Shown here: positions 20,828 to 30,294 of the stretch, one piece after another | Numbering within the stretch: the first letter of the stretch is position 1 | Layout of the letters: the number at the start of each line of letters is the position of its first letter | Virus record (IMG/VR): IMGVR_UViG_3300017971_000185 | Span: 186,001 to 250,000 of that record | DNA: 64,000 nt | Reading direction: 5' to 3' (one strand) | The notes under the pieces: model-generated | Told to the model about the DNA's origin: nothing | What the model saw: the letters and a program-made list of their open reading frames with translations, nothing else | Databases searched by the model: none | Made by a program: the position numbers and the translations under genes

Positions 20828-23800
20828 ATGGCCCAGACTCCATTTCGCCAGCCCGGCAAAGACCTTGAGGTAACGGATGGGAACGTCATCACTGGCGCCG
20901 ATGACTCCCAGGGTGGGGACCTTACTCTTGAAGGCGGGACATCCTCTAGCGGGAACAACGACGCGGGCGATGTCGTCATCCGGCCCGGCCTTCCAAATGG
21001 CTCGGGTGCTCGCGGCATCGTCAATGTCACGAACAATGGGGGTGCTGATACAGATCCAATTCTTCAACTGACTTCCGAGACGGGAGCAAATGTTGAGGAT
21101 AGTCGCTTTTTCGTAGGGACACGAGATCCCCACACAAACGTAACTGGCAACCCTGGTGATGTCTACATCACACACAACGGCACCAGTAGTACGGTCAGCG
21201 TAAACACCGGGGCCGGGGACGCTAACACGACTTGGACAGATCTGGCGGGTGGAGGGACTGGCGGAGCAGATCCGGGCATAGAGGGGGTTCTTTGGGAAGA
21301 CATCCAGTTTTACCTCGACGCTGGGGACCGTAACTCATATCCCGGTTCCGGCTCGACCATAACGGATCTGATCGCTAGCAAGAGTTGCACGCTGTATTTC
21401 GTGACTATCACGGATAGTCACATCAACTTCAACGGCGTAAGCTCCTACCTCGACACCGGCACCCTGTCCGCTGCGCTCGTGAACCTCTTCGAAACGGGCG
21501 GGACGGTCGCCGCGTGGGTTCGTGCGGAATCAGATGGGGGAGGGAACGCGGGGCGTGTGGTGTCAACGACCGGTTCCGCAGACACGAAGGGCTGGTACTT
21601 GGATGTTAACGATGAGTCGTCCGGGCTTGTTCGTTTCAGATTTGAGCAGAACAGAGGCACGACAGACACGGTCTACACGACGTTCAGGACGGTCCCGATC
21701 AACGAGTGGGCTCATGTCGTCATCACCTACGACGGCAGCGACCCCGCGACGAAATTTCCGATCGCCTACATCAACGGTGAGCTAGTTTCCTGGGATTCAG
21801 AGACGGCGGGCTCTGGTGCCATTACGAGTGACTCAGGCGAGATCCTCTTCATCGGAAATCGGTGGGGCGCCGCTAGGACGTGGGACGGCGACATCGATCT
21901 GTTCCAACTTTGGGACCGTGTTTTGTCCGCCGATGAAGTCCGTCAGCTTTATCGAGTAACCGGCGAGGACCGATTCCGGCCTAGTTTGCTCGGAGACGCT
22001 GCTTCGACTTCTACTGGCGACGCTCCTGATGTCGAAATCAAGGCAGGCCCAGGAGGAAGTACGAGCGGTGCTGGAGGAGGCATCGCGCTGACGGCAGGAA
22101 CCACGACCGCCGGCTCGGGGGGAGGCATCACGATCACGGCCCAAGACGGCACGAGCGGAGCCGGAGACGTGATCCTCAATTCGGGGACGACTTCCTCTAG
22201 CGGTGATGGAGGAATCATCTCGTTACGTCCGGGCGTTGGCGCGGGGACAAACGACGGTTATGTCGACATTGATCCCGACTGGACCGGGGATGCGGATCCT
22301 CTCCTCCAATTCACGGTCACGGGTTCTAACGTTGACAACAACACTCAGATATTCACCGGGAACCGAAACCCCGATGGCTTCGTCACGGGAGAGTGTGGTT
22401 CCCTATACCTTCGCGGCAACACCGGGTCGAGCACGCTTTACGTCAATACGAGTGGGGCAAGCCCTGGGAGCACGTGGACGGAAATCGGTGCAGGGGGCTC
22501 TGGAGCGAGCGCGGGCATCGAAGGCGTTATCTGGGGCAACAACCAATTCTACCTCGATGCCGGCGACCGCAACAGTTACGCCGGATCGGGTAACACGTGG
22601 ACGGACATCGTTGGTTCTCGCGCCGCAACGATGACCAACCAGACCATCACTGATGGTCACATCATCTGGAACGCCAGTACGACCACGGCAACGTTCACTT
22701 CCGACTCCTCCATAGAAGACATTTGGAATGGGGGCGGTACGCTCATTGCTTGGGTTCGGGCAGATAGTTTTGGTGAAAGTAGCGTCGGTCGCATCGCGAG
22801 CACGGCGAACGCAGGTAACACCATAGGATGGTACGCAGGTGTTACGTCCGCTAGCGGCAACACCTGGAAGCTCTACTTCCGTCAGAATTTCGACAACACG
22901 GATGGCGAATGGCGCACGACCTCGACGGTAAACCTCAATGAGTGGTTGTTCTTTGCCATCACCTACGACTCTAGCTCTGCCAGTAACGAACCTACGCTCT
23001 ACATCAACACGGTTCTGGACACGACCGACGAGATAACCAACCCGATTGGCGATTACGGTTCTGAATCGGGAGCGGACTTGGACATTGGTCGTGCTGGAGA
23101 CGGCTCAGGAACGTGGGGTGGCGCGATCGAAATTGTCATGCTCTATGACACGGAGTTGTCTGACGATGCGATCCGTCAGATCTACAGTGTCACGGGGCAA
23201 GATCGTTTGCGGCCGAGTTTGATGGGCGCTCCCACGACGGACGCTAGTCGACCACCACAACCCATTCAAATTATTGCGGCTGATGGTGGGGCTACAGCCA
23301 GTGACGGAGGCGCGGTCGAAATCTCGTCCGGGGCTAGCACGACTGGTGCGGGGGGTGCTGTTTCGGTCACGGGTGGCGCGTCGGAAGGCGGCACCACGGG
23401 AGGAGACATATCGATCACAGGTGGAGACGTTGCAAGCACTAACTACAGTGCAGGTGATGTCACCATTAAGGGCGGCGATCTGGACTATTCGTCCGCGATT
23501 TCCCCAAACACGGGCGGAGACGTCACCCTCGAAAGTGGTTCGTATAGCGGGACAGGTTCGGCGCAGCCAGGCGGAATCACCATCAAGACGGGGACGGGAG
23601 GAACCAACAGCGCAGCCGCTCCCGATCTTCTTCTTCAAGTTACATCCTATGCTGGAAGCAGTGCCCTTGGAGACATCATCCTTCAAGGAGGAGACAACAC
23701 CGGGACAGGCGCAGCAGGGGGAATTCAGATTCTTGCCGGAGACGCTAGTGGTGATCCGGGTGGGGGTGTCACAATCACGGCGGGCGATGGGACCGGGGTA

Positions 23801-25345
23801 GGCGCGGTTGGGGGAGCCCTTAATCTGACTTCAGGCGGCGCGAGTGCGAGTTATACGGGCACGATCAACATTGATGTTCCGGCACAGTCTGCATCAGGCA
23901 GAGGCACGGGTGACATCAACATAACCATTGGAGACACTGCCTCCAATTACGGCTCGAATCCTTCGGGCGACATCAGTCTCACGGCAGGCGATCATACGGG
24001 CACGACGGGAACCGCTCAGGCTTCCAGCATCTTTCTCACAGCCGGGGATCATGCGGGAAATGAGAACAATGCGCCACCGGGCGATATCACCCTGAGCGCA
24101 GGAGATCAAACCGGAAGTGGTCGGGGTGCTGCTGGCGGCATCTACATTTGGGCTGGAGACAAGACAGGCGGCAGCCACAGTACTACGGCGGGTGGTCAGG
24201 TAGACATCGATGCTGGCGAGGGCAGTGGGGTAGGCCCAGGAGGGGCCGTCAGCATCACTGGCGGTTTAGCTGGCTCAACTGGAACCGGCGGCGGAGTTGA
24301 CATTGATGCAGGAGGATCTGGTACGGGAGCGACAGGTACGGGGGGAACGGTTGCCATCGATGGTGGGACCTGTAATGCGACGAATGGCGCAGGAGGCCCC
24401 GTCACCATCACGTCCGGTGCCGGTGCGGGGACGGGGAATGCTGGAGCCCTTGCGCTTAGCGGCAATGACGGAGGAGCCACGTCGGGTACAGGTGGAGATG
24501 CATCTCTGGGCGGCGGTGAAGGCGGCGGCACGGGTAGGGGAGGCAACCTTTCTCTTTTCTCGGGAACGGGTGGTGCGAACGGTGCGGGCGGGACGGTGTC
24601 GATCAACGCCGGGAGTGGCGGAGCTTCCGCGGGAGCATCGGGGACGATCACGATTTCCGGTGGCGATGGAGGCTCGGCGACAGTTGCAGGGGGAGCCGTT
24701 ACCTTTGAAGGAGGGGCTGGTAACACGACCGGAGCAGGGGGTCTTGCAACGGTTCAAGGAGGCACAGCAGGAGCTTCGGGGAATGGCGGCAGCGTAGCGA
24801 TTACGGCGCAAGATGGTGCTACGAATGGGGACGGTGGCAGTGTCACTGCGACCGCTGGTGGGGGTGCTGGGACCGGTGCCGATGGGAATGTCTCTGCCTT
24901 CGCGGACGACGACGGGTCCTTCCAGCATCGCACGCAGACGACGGGGTTCGCTGGAACGCAGTGCGACCACAAGACACTCGCGCTTCAAGCCTCTACGTCT
25001 GGCACGACTGTGTTAGCCGTGCTCGGGGTTCTGAGCACGGACGGCTTGAACATGAAATTCGACGTAAAATGTACGGGTGTCCGCGACTCCAACGACTCCG
25101 ATATCATCTCGATTTTCGCTGTGCAGACGGCGTATCGGGTTGGCGGTACGGTGTTTCTCTTGACGGCTCATGTCGATCCGACTTCGGCTCCCGGCAAGCA
25201 GACGAATGGTACGATTCCCTGGACGAACATCCAACTGGCCATCAACGGAGACAACATTGAGCTTCAAGCCACGGCCACGGCTGCCACGGGCGACTGGAAT
25301 TTCTCGATAGAGTGGACGCGACAGCTTGGCGGCTACTCCTCGTAA
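20828..25345 (+). CDS. Fibre-like virion protein with two LamG/concanavalin-A-like domains (1505 aa)
   Basis: Two copies of QFYLDAGDRNSYxGSGxTxTD...GGT..AWVRA..NEW.....TYD..LYING..WxGxI.....DR/TxLSxDxxRQxY (about 21300-21960 and 22540-23200), Gly-rich repeats and two knob motifs. Confidence 0.82.
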   Translation: MAQTPFRQPGKDLEVTDGNVITGADDSQGGDLTLEGGTSSSGNNDAGDVVIRPGLPNGSGARGIVNVTNNGGADTDPILQLTSETGANVEDSRFFVGTRDPHTNVTGNPGDVYITHNGTSSTVSVNTGAGDANTTWTDLAGGGTGGADPGIEGVLWEDIQFYLDAGDRNSYPGSGSTITDLIASKSCTLYFVTITDSHINFNGVSSYLDTGTLSAALVNLFETGGTVAAWVRAESDGGGNAGRVVSTTGSADTKGWYLDVNDESSGLVRFRFEQNRGTTDTVYTTFRTVPINEWAHVVITYDGSDPATKFPIAYINGELVSWDSETAGSGAITSDSGEILFIGNRWGAARTWDGDIDLFQLWDRVLSADEVRQLYRVTGEDRFRPSLLGDAASTSTGDAPDVEIKAGPGGSTSGAGGGIALTAGTTTAGSGGGITITAQDGTSGAGDVILNSGTTSSSGDGGIISLRPGVGAGTNDGYVDIDPDWTGDADPLLQFTVTGSNVDNNTQIFTGNRNPDGFVTGECGSLYLRGNTGSSTLYVNTSGASPGSTWTEIGAGGSGASAGIEGVIWGNNQFYLDAGDRNSYAGSGNTWTDIVGSRAATMTNQTITDGHIIWNASTTTATFTSDSSIEDIWNGGGTLIAWVRADSFGESSVGRIASTANAGNTIGWYAGVTSASGNTWKLYFRQNFDNTDGEWRTTSTVNLNEWLFFAITYDSSSASNEPTLYINTVLDTTDEITNPIGDYGSESGADLDIGRAGDGSGTWGGAIEIVMLYDTELSDDAIRQIYSVTGQDRLRPSLMGAPTTDASRPPQPIQIIAADGGATASDGGAVEISSGASTTGAGGAVSVTGGASEGGTTGGDISITGGDVASTNYSAGDVTIKGGDLDYSSAISPNTGGDVTLESGSYSGTGSAQPGGITIKTGTGGTNSAAAPDLLLQVTSYAGSSALGDIILQGGDNTGTGAAGGIQILAGDASGDPGGGVTITAGDGTGVGAVGGALNLTSGGASASYTGTINIDVPAQSASGRGTGDINITIGDTASNYGSNPSGDISLTAGDHTGTTGTAQASSIFLTAGDHAGNENNAPPGDITLSAGDQTGSGRGAAGGIYIWAGDKTGGSHSTTAGGQVDIDAGEGSGVGPGGAVSITGGLAGSTGTGGGVDIDAGGSGTGATGTGGTVAIDGGTCNATNGAGGPVTITSGAGAGTGNAGALALSGNDGGATSGTGGDASLGGGEGGGTGRGGNLSLFSGTGGANGAGGTVSINAGSGGASAGASGTITISGGDGGSATVAGGAVTFEGGAGNTTGAGGLATVQGGTAGASGNGGSVAITAQDGATNGDGGSVTATAGGGAGTGADGNVSAFADDDGSFQHRTQTTGFAGTQCDHKTLALQASTSGTTVLAVLGVLSTDGLNMKFDVKCTGVRDSNDSDIISIFAVQTAYRVGGTVFLLTAHVDPTSAPGKQTNGTIPWTNIQLAINGDNIELQATATAATGDWNFSIEWTRQLGGYSS

Positions 25346-25356
25346 GGGAAGCAGAC

Positions 25357-25623
25357 ATGGCACACACGCAGTTTGAAAAAGACATGCTCACCAGAATCCA
25401 CAATGAGATTCAGCAGAGAAAGCGGCGTGGGAAGGCAAGCGCTCAGGACGACACCGACCTGGAAACGATCATGACGGGAACCGAGGCCGAGCGGCAAACG
25501 TTGATCACGAGTTACATCAACAACACCGGCATTCCTCTATGCGATGCTGAGATCGCTGACTGCGATGCGGCAAAGACGGCGGCACAGAGTCTCAAGGCTG
25601 ATATGCAGAGCTACGTGTCCTAG
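25357..25623 (+). CDS. Small helical protein, paralog of 25635-25904 (candidate fibre chaperone)
   Basis: MAHTQFEKDM..QRKRRG..LI..YI..LKADMQSYV aligns with the next ORF. Lies directly after the fibre gene. Confidence 0.65.
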   Translation: MAHTQFEKDMLTRIHNEIQQRKRRGKASAQDDTDLETIMTGTEAERQTLITSYINNTGIPLCDAEIADCDAAKTAAQSLKADMQSYVS

Positions 25624-25634
25624 GAGATCAAACA

Positions 25635-25904
25635 ATGGCGTTCACAAACTTCGAGAAACAGATGATCGACATCATTGATCAGCGTTGTCGTCGCGGATCG
25701 ACGGACGCCGCGAAGCGTACCGTGTACCAAGGCTACGAGGCGACTTTGCTCAAGGGCGATGAGGCCGAAGTGCAGGCGCTCATTGCTACTTTTATTGCCG
25801 ATGAGGGCATGGTACAAGAGACCACGAACCAGATCACCGTTCTCAATACCAAGGTCACTGAGTTGAATACGCTCAAGACCGACATGGCTGCCTACATCGC
25901 GTGA
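25635..25904 (+). CDS. Small helical protein, paralog of 25357-25623
   Basis: MAFTNFEKQM..QRCRRG..LI..FI..LKTDMAAYI; GGAG RBS. Confidence 0.65.
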   Translation: MAFTNFEKQMIDIIDQRCRRGSTDAAKRTVYQGYEATLLKGDEAEVQALIATFIADEGMVQETTNQITVLNTKVTELNTLKTDMAAYIA

Positions 25905-26431
25905 TTACTCGTCTCGCCATTTTCGACTTCGACGGCACGCTGTTCAATGCCCCCGAAATGCCGGGCGCTTCCGACAGTTGGTACGACAGTGTAGAGTCGT
26001 TGTCACCTCCCTGCGTGCCGCAGCGGCCGACTCCCGATTGGTATATCGGGTCGACCAAGAGTGCGTTCCAGAAGGTCAAGGGCGATCCCAAGACGCATGT
26101 TGCAGTCGTGACGGGTCGCGTCGAGCCTTTGCGAGCACGGGTCGCTGAGCTTCTGCGCATGGGTGGTTTAGTCCCCGATGACCTGTTTCTGCGAAGCGGA
26201 GGCGTCACGTTGCGCTACAAAATGGCGACTCTCCGATACTTGACGAACGCACTCCGCACACTCCAGACCATCGAAATCTGGGAAGACCACAAGCACAACC
26301 TAGAGCACATGGTGCGTTACGGAAACAAGATGGGGTACTCTTGCATACCTCACTTGGTTCGAGTGAAGCGGCGCGTTTGTCCGTCTCCTGTGAAAGTCGC
26401 TGAGCGAGCATTGCGCGCAAAGTTGCTATAG
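25901..26431 (+). CDS. HAD-superfamily phosphatase, Swiss-Army-Knife RNA-repair-like type
   Basis: Motif I IFDFDGTLF.P, motif II VVTGR, DLFLR, and motif IV IWED. C-terminal tag PVKVAERAL. Confidence 0.75.
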   Translation: MITRLAIFDFDGTLFNAPEMPGASDSWYDSVESLSPPCVPQRPTPDWYIGSTKSAFQKVKGDPKTHVAVVTGRVEPLRARVAELLRMGGLVPDDLFLRSGGVTLRYKMATLRYLTNALRTLQTIEIWEDHKHNLEHMVRYGNKMGYSCIPHLVRVKRRVCPSPVKVAERALRAKLL

Positions 26432-26433
26432 GT

Positions 26434-26453
26434 GGGGCAGATCTGCCCCCTTT
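26434..26453 (+). terminator. Palindrome / possible terminator
   Basis: Perfect 16-bp palindrome GGGGCAGATCTGCCCC followed by CTTT, immediately after the HAD gene stop. Confidence 0.5.
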
Positions 26454-26567
26454 AGTCGGTAAATTTGCGCTGTGCATGCTCAGAACAGCACCCTACGGTG
26501 TAGAGCAGGGAGCACGGTTTCCGGTTTATAGGTTCCACCTACCTGTACACATACCGTGTGAAGTCCG

Positions 26568-26651
26568 ATGCGAGACAGCATTGCCATCAAGATCATTCTT
26601 GCAGGATTAGGGTTGCTGTTCGTGATTCAGCTTACGCACTGCTTAGCTTAG
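26568..26651 (+). CDS. Possible 27-aa hydrophobic peptide
   Basis: MRDSIAIKIILAGLGLLFVIQLTHCLA, read by eye and below the ORF-track cutoff. RBS is weak. Confidence 0.3.
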   Translation: MRDSIAIKIILAGLGLLFVIQLTHCLA

Positions 26652-26672
26652 TGTCTCAAACCAGGAGTCTGT

Positions 26673-28040
26673 ATGAGAGGCGCCCCGACCAAGAAAACGT
26701 ACTACCTGAGGCATCTGCCTGTGTTCCTGTGTCTCCTTCTGCTTTCAGGATGGAATCCCACAGGATTGGCGGAGATCACAGGCGACGATGGGTTGGCGGA
26801 TACTCAAGAGACAGTTTCTCAAGAAGAGACTGAAGCAAACGAATCCCCGACCGCAAACGAAACCTCAAAAGAGAAGATCGATCCTTATGCGGAGTGGGCA
26901 ACATGGTCCGAAGACCCGATCAAGAAAGAGTGCAGGTCCGATGACGAGTGCGTGCCTGATAGGACAGGACGCGAAACATACTGTCGCAAGCGAAAAGGTG
27001 CGTTAGAGGGAGATCCCGGTTACTGCCGGCCGTATTGGCTGAATCGGAAACGCCAGGCCATCCAGATGCGAAACCAACGCATCATCGTGGATGCTGTCTG
27101 CAAGCCTCCTTCGTGGTGGACCCCTGATGTGCAGTGCTGGAAATTCAAATGGCGCACTGCCAAGACATGCAACCGCAAGCACTACTGCGACCCAGACAAG
27201 CTCTCTCGATTCCTTCGTATTCCTGCGAAGCGCGAATCGACATGGGATCACCAGACGGACCACCGGCTCGATCCCGATCGTATCGCCAACCGCAACTCGT
27301 ACAAGCGGATGTATCGGAGAGGGGTATACAAGGGAAATCCGCACTTCTATGAAGGACTGACGCTCGGGAAGAGCGGCAAACCGCTCTTTCGGCTCAAGGA
27401 TCTGGAATTCCACTGCGATCCCGACAACCCGTATGACCAAAACTGCGATGGTGTCCCGGATCGTTGGAGCGTGGGCTACGGATGGTATGGGATGAACGCG
27501 GCGTTGTTTACATGGCGTTGGGATCCCATGGCTCCCCCAGAAGTCTTGGCAAAGCGTGTCCCCGCGACGCTGACAATCCTACGTGCCATGCGAAAAGCAT
27601 GGCGCAAGTTTGAGGGTGGTGTGGACTGTCGTGACGCGGACGGGAACCTCTATACCGTCGAGGGGATGTTTTCCGGCGAGCAAAAGCGGGATTACAAGAA
27701 AGACACGTGGCCTGAGCAGACTTGGTGGTCGCTTCATCGGGCTGTGTTTGGTGGGGATGTCTGCCCCATCAAGATCAAAGGCCATAAGCGGTATCGTAAG
27801 GGATTCGTCGCCAGGGCCAAGAACAAGAAAATTGATCTCGATCCAGATGAGAAAGTTACTCTGTCGATGCTCGGGAAACCGGTGCCGCGGGATCAACAGT
27901 GGGAATTTGTGCTTGCAGTCGAGGCGAAATTCGAGCCCGTGTGGCCGGAAGAAGCCGAAGGACCGGAAGAAGAAATCGAGAGAAACGATGCTATTGCCAT
28001 GAGCGATGGTGAAGAAACGGCGGTTTGGATGGCACCATGA
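26673..28040 (+). CDS. Secreted or membrane-anchored Cys-rich protein, possible lysozyme-fold domain
   Basis: N-terminal hydrophobic segment, many Cys, and AKRESTW plus GWYGMN, loosely like the ES..GLMQ motifs of lytic transglycosylases. AGGAG RBS. Confidence 0.45.
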   Translation: MRGAPTKKTYYLRHLPVFLCLLLLSGWNPTGLAEITGDDGLADTQETVSQEETEANESPTANETSKEKIDPYAEWATWSEDPIKKECRSDDECVPDRTGRETYCRKRKGALEGDPGYCRPYWLNRKRQAIQMRNQRIIVDAVCKPPSWWTPDVQCWKFKWRTAKTCNRKHYCDPDKLSRFLRIPAKRESTWDHQTDHRLDPDRIANRNSYKRMYRRGVYKGNPHFYEGLTLGKSGKPLFRLKDLEFHCDPDNPYDQNCDGVPDRWSVGYGWYGMNAALFTWRWDPMAPPEVLAKRVPATLTILRAMRKAWRKFEGGVDCRDADGNLYTVEGMFSGEQKRDYKKDTWPEQTWWSLHRAVFGGDVCPIKIKGHKRYRKGFVARAKNKKIDLDPDEKVTLSMLGKPVPRDQQWEFVLAVEAKFEPVWPEEAEGPEEEIERNDAIAMSDGEETAVWMAP

Positions 28041-28087
28041 GTTGTCTTCTGGAGTATACAGGAGTGTGGCCGATCTGAGGAAGAGTC

Positions 28088-28792
28088 ATGCGGCTTGACG
28101 GCAAGTACGTTTGCTTGCCACGTGTCCCCCGGCTTCCGGCGCACGAAGCTGCCGGTCTCAATCTCGACGTTTGCTTCATCTCTATCCGTCCGTGCAGCGC
28201 CAAGGCACGCGAGAAGATGCTGTCTTTCTTGTTCGATCACTATCGATCGTGGACAGATCTCACGGGCGAGCCGAGTTTCTCGGACATTCCCATCCGCGGA
28301 ATCTGGCGACACACGAAGGGCGAGGTTCCGGTCATCGAGATCGACTACGACCTGGACATCGGAGAGTGGGAACAGCAGTACGTGACGAGTCTTGCTCGAT
28401 GGATAGCTCTACGAGTCGGAGCGATAGGGCACGCGACTGTTGGGAAGATGAGCAAGCGTGCTCTCGCAAACTGCGGCGACACCTACAAGGATGATGTCTA
28501 CACGTACAGCGTCCCGTCGCTCTACTTCAACGGCCATGAGCGTTGGCTCGTTGTGCAGCAGGGACAGTGGAAGAATCGTCGCTCACCCGAGACGGTCGGG
28601 CTGGGAACGCTCTGCGATGAGCACGGCTTCGCGAGTCGAGAGGAAGCGCGAGGTCGTCAGACGCTCTACCACGTCCAGTCTGTTAATAGGTTTGGGCTCG
28701 GTGACGTGCGACAAGTGCGCAATTTGGGACGGGAAACTGAGGATCTGATCCGTGACGAATTGCGGCGTTTGAGCGCTCTCTGGCCTGGCTAG
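28088..28792 (+). CDS. Hypothetical protein
   Basis: 234-aa ORF with a GAGG RBS. Confidence 0.6.
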   Translation: MRLDGKYVCLPRVPRLPAHEAAGLNLDVCFISIRPCSAKAREKMLSFLFDHYRSWTDLTGEPSFSDIPIRGIWRHTKGEVPVIEIDYDLDIGEWEQQYVTSLARWIALRVGAIGHATVGKMSKRALANCGDTYKDDVYTYSVPSLYFNGHERWLVVQQGQWKNRRSPETVGLGTLCDEHGFASREEARGRQTLYHVQSVNRFGLGDVRQVRNLGRETEDLIRDELRRLSALWPG

Positions 28793-28822
28793 CTCACCTT
28801 CTGCGCGCTTTTCGCGGGAAAA

Positions 28823-28850
28823 GTCAACTTTTCGCGGAATCTCGCGTAGA
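28823..28850 (+). promoter_or_regulatory. 28-nt phage promoter motif, copy D
   Basis: GTCAACT-TTTCGCG-GAAT-CTC-GCGTAGA. Confidence 0.7.
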
Positions 28851-28859
28851 AGGGATGAG

Positions 28860-28990
28860 ATGACGAGTGCCCGAGATTTCGCGATCAAGGCCCACGGGGA
28901 CCAGAAGTACAACTCTGAGCCCTACAGCGTTCATCTCGATCAGGTTGCGCGGCTCGTTTCGCGAGGCAGCGTACCTGCCTGATCTATGCG
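28860..28990 (+). pseudogene. Remnant of an HD-domain (RelA/SpoT-hydrolase/Mesh1-like) gene
   Basis: ATG 28860 gives MTSARDFAIKAHGDQKYNSEPYSVHLDQVARLV, then stops at 28982. The +1 frame reads EAAYLPD, a decayed AAYLHD. Confidence 0.55.
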
Positions 28991-29805
28991 ATGCACTACA
29001 TAAGGCTCTGGATGAAGCTCTGGACACTCGGTACATGACGGGGACGTTTACCAAGAATCTAACCTTCCGCAAAGGAAGAGAGCGGTCTGCGGAACGTGCC
29101 CTTGTATGCTTCAAGGAGCTTCTGGACACCTACCATGCCGTGTCGTGGTTGCCGTCGTTTGATCACTTACTGGAGGCCGGGTGCTCATTCAGCCAGATCG
29201 ATGATGAGACAGGGAAGTTGATCACGGAAAGTCCTCCGTCGTGCGAATTGATTCCCAGGTTGCCCAAGCCAGTCGGCGTGAGCGACCCAGAGGGGACAAT
29301 TGTGGTGGCTCAAGTGCCAATGTCTTTGGGCGTGATGCTATACCGTGTGTTGCTGGACTCGTTGCCGCGGCTAACTTTGGGCGAAGAGCACACGGTGTTT
29401 GAGGCGTGGGTTCAGCCGGTTCCGACTCCTGGCCAGGAAAAGAAGCGGATGCGGTGGTGGAACGTGTGCCCGATTGTGAAGATCTTTGGGGTGAACGAGA
29501 AGGGACATTTGCTGACAGACGAAGGCATTGAAACGGTGTGTACGGCTGTGGAGAATGCCCTGACTGGAATTGAACAGGATCCTGAGGGGTATATGAAGGC
29601 TCAGACTGTGATGTCGGTGCTATCGACTGACCTGACTGTGGCGTTCGATCAGATTGCGTACCTGATACAGCAGGGATGCATGGAAGGTGAGCTGGTAAAA
29701 ATACCCGACCCAATGGTTGGAGGGCACAAGGTGGTTGACCAACTCAATGAGGAACAGATCATGGGCTACTGGATATCTCAGTCGAGAGCTAAGCCTGAAG
29801 CCTGA
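28867..29805 (+). CDS. Hypothetical protein, true start uncertain (possibly ATG 29035)
   Basis: Long open frame. Its 5' part overlaps the HD remnant. Confidence 0.55.
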   Translation: MPEISRSRPTGTRSTTLSPTAFISIRLRGSFREAAYLPDLCDALHKALDEALDTRYMTGTFTKNLTFRKGRERSAERALVCFKELLDTYHAVSWLPSFDHLLEAGCSFSQIDDETGKLITESPPSCELIPRLPKPVGVSDPEGTIVVAQVPMSLGVMLYRVLLDSLPRLTLGEEHTVFEAWVQPVPTPGQEKKRMRWWNVCPIVKIFGVNEKGHLLTDEGIETVCTAVENALTGIEQDPEGYMKAQTVMSVLSTDLTVAFDQIAYLIQQGCMEGELVKIPDPMVGGHKVVDQLNEEQIMGYWISQSRAKPEA

Positions 29806-29823
29806 GTCCGAGAGTAATGGATC

Positions 29824-30294
29824 ATGGACCACGAAACACGACAAGCCATCATGTTACAGCGAAACTATGACAACGATCCTCGTGTCCGTGCGGGTGAACG
29901 TGGCGACTGGTACGAGACTTTCGATGAGAAGCGCATGATCGCCACTATCCTCACCTACGATGAGGATGACGAGGAGACGACTGTAGAGGTTCCTGTCCAG
30001 TACGTGGTCTGTCCGACCTGTGACGGGAAGGGTTCGCACGTCAATCCGAGCATCGACGCGGGTGGCATCTCTTCTGAGGAGTTCTACGACGATCCCGACT
30101 TTGCTGAGGACTACATGAGCGGCACGTATGATGTGTCTTGCTACGAATGCGGCGGAAAGCGCGTCGTACCGGAGATCGCATACGACCGTCTCAATGCCGA
30201 GCAGAAAGCGGCGGTCGAGGCATTGGAGGAGCGGCAGCGTTGGGATGAGGAAGATGCGGCCGTTCGGCGCGCGGAAAGAGCCATGGGTGCCTGA
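29824..30294 (+). CDS. Acidic protein with DnaJ-type CxxCxGxG zinc finger
   Basis: CPTCDGKG ... CYECGGK. Confidence 0.7.
   Translation: MDHETRQAIMLQRNYDNDPRVRAGERGDWYETFDEKRMIATILTYDEDDEETTVEVPVQYVVCPTCDGKGSHVNPSIDAGGISSEEFYDDPDFAEDYMSGTYDVSCYECGGKRVVPEIAYDRLNAEQKAAVEALEERQRWDEEDAAVRRAERAMGA

Noticed and set aside
2925-25345. Collagen-like triple-helix repeats
   Set aside because: Gly spacing is irregular (GG pairs with 11-14-residue units), not Gly-X-Y.
6998-25363. Many long minus-strand and alternative-frame ORFs over the fibre genes (e.g. 9557-10516, 10595-11842, 7829-8758)
   Set aside because: These are shadow ORFs from GC-rich Gly/Thr/Ala codons. They are Pro/Arg/Ser-rich, lack an RBS and are fully overlapped by coherent plus-strand genes.
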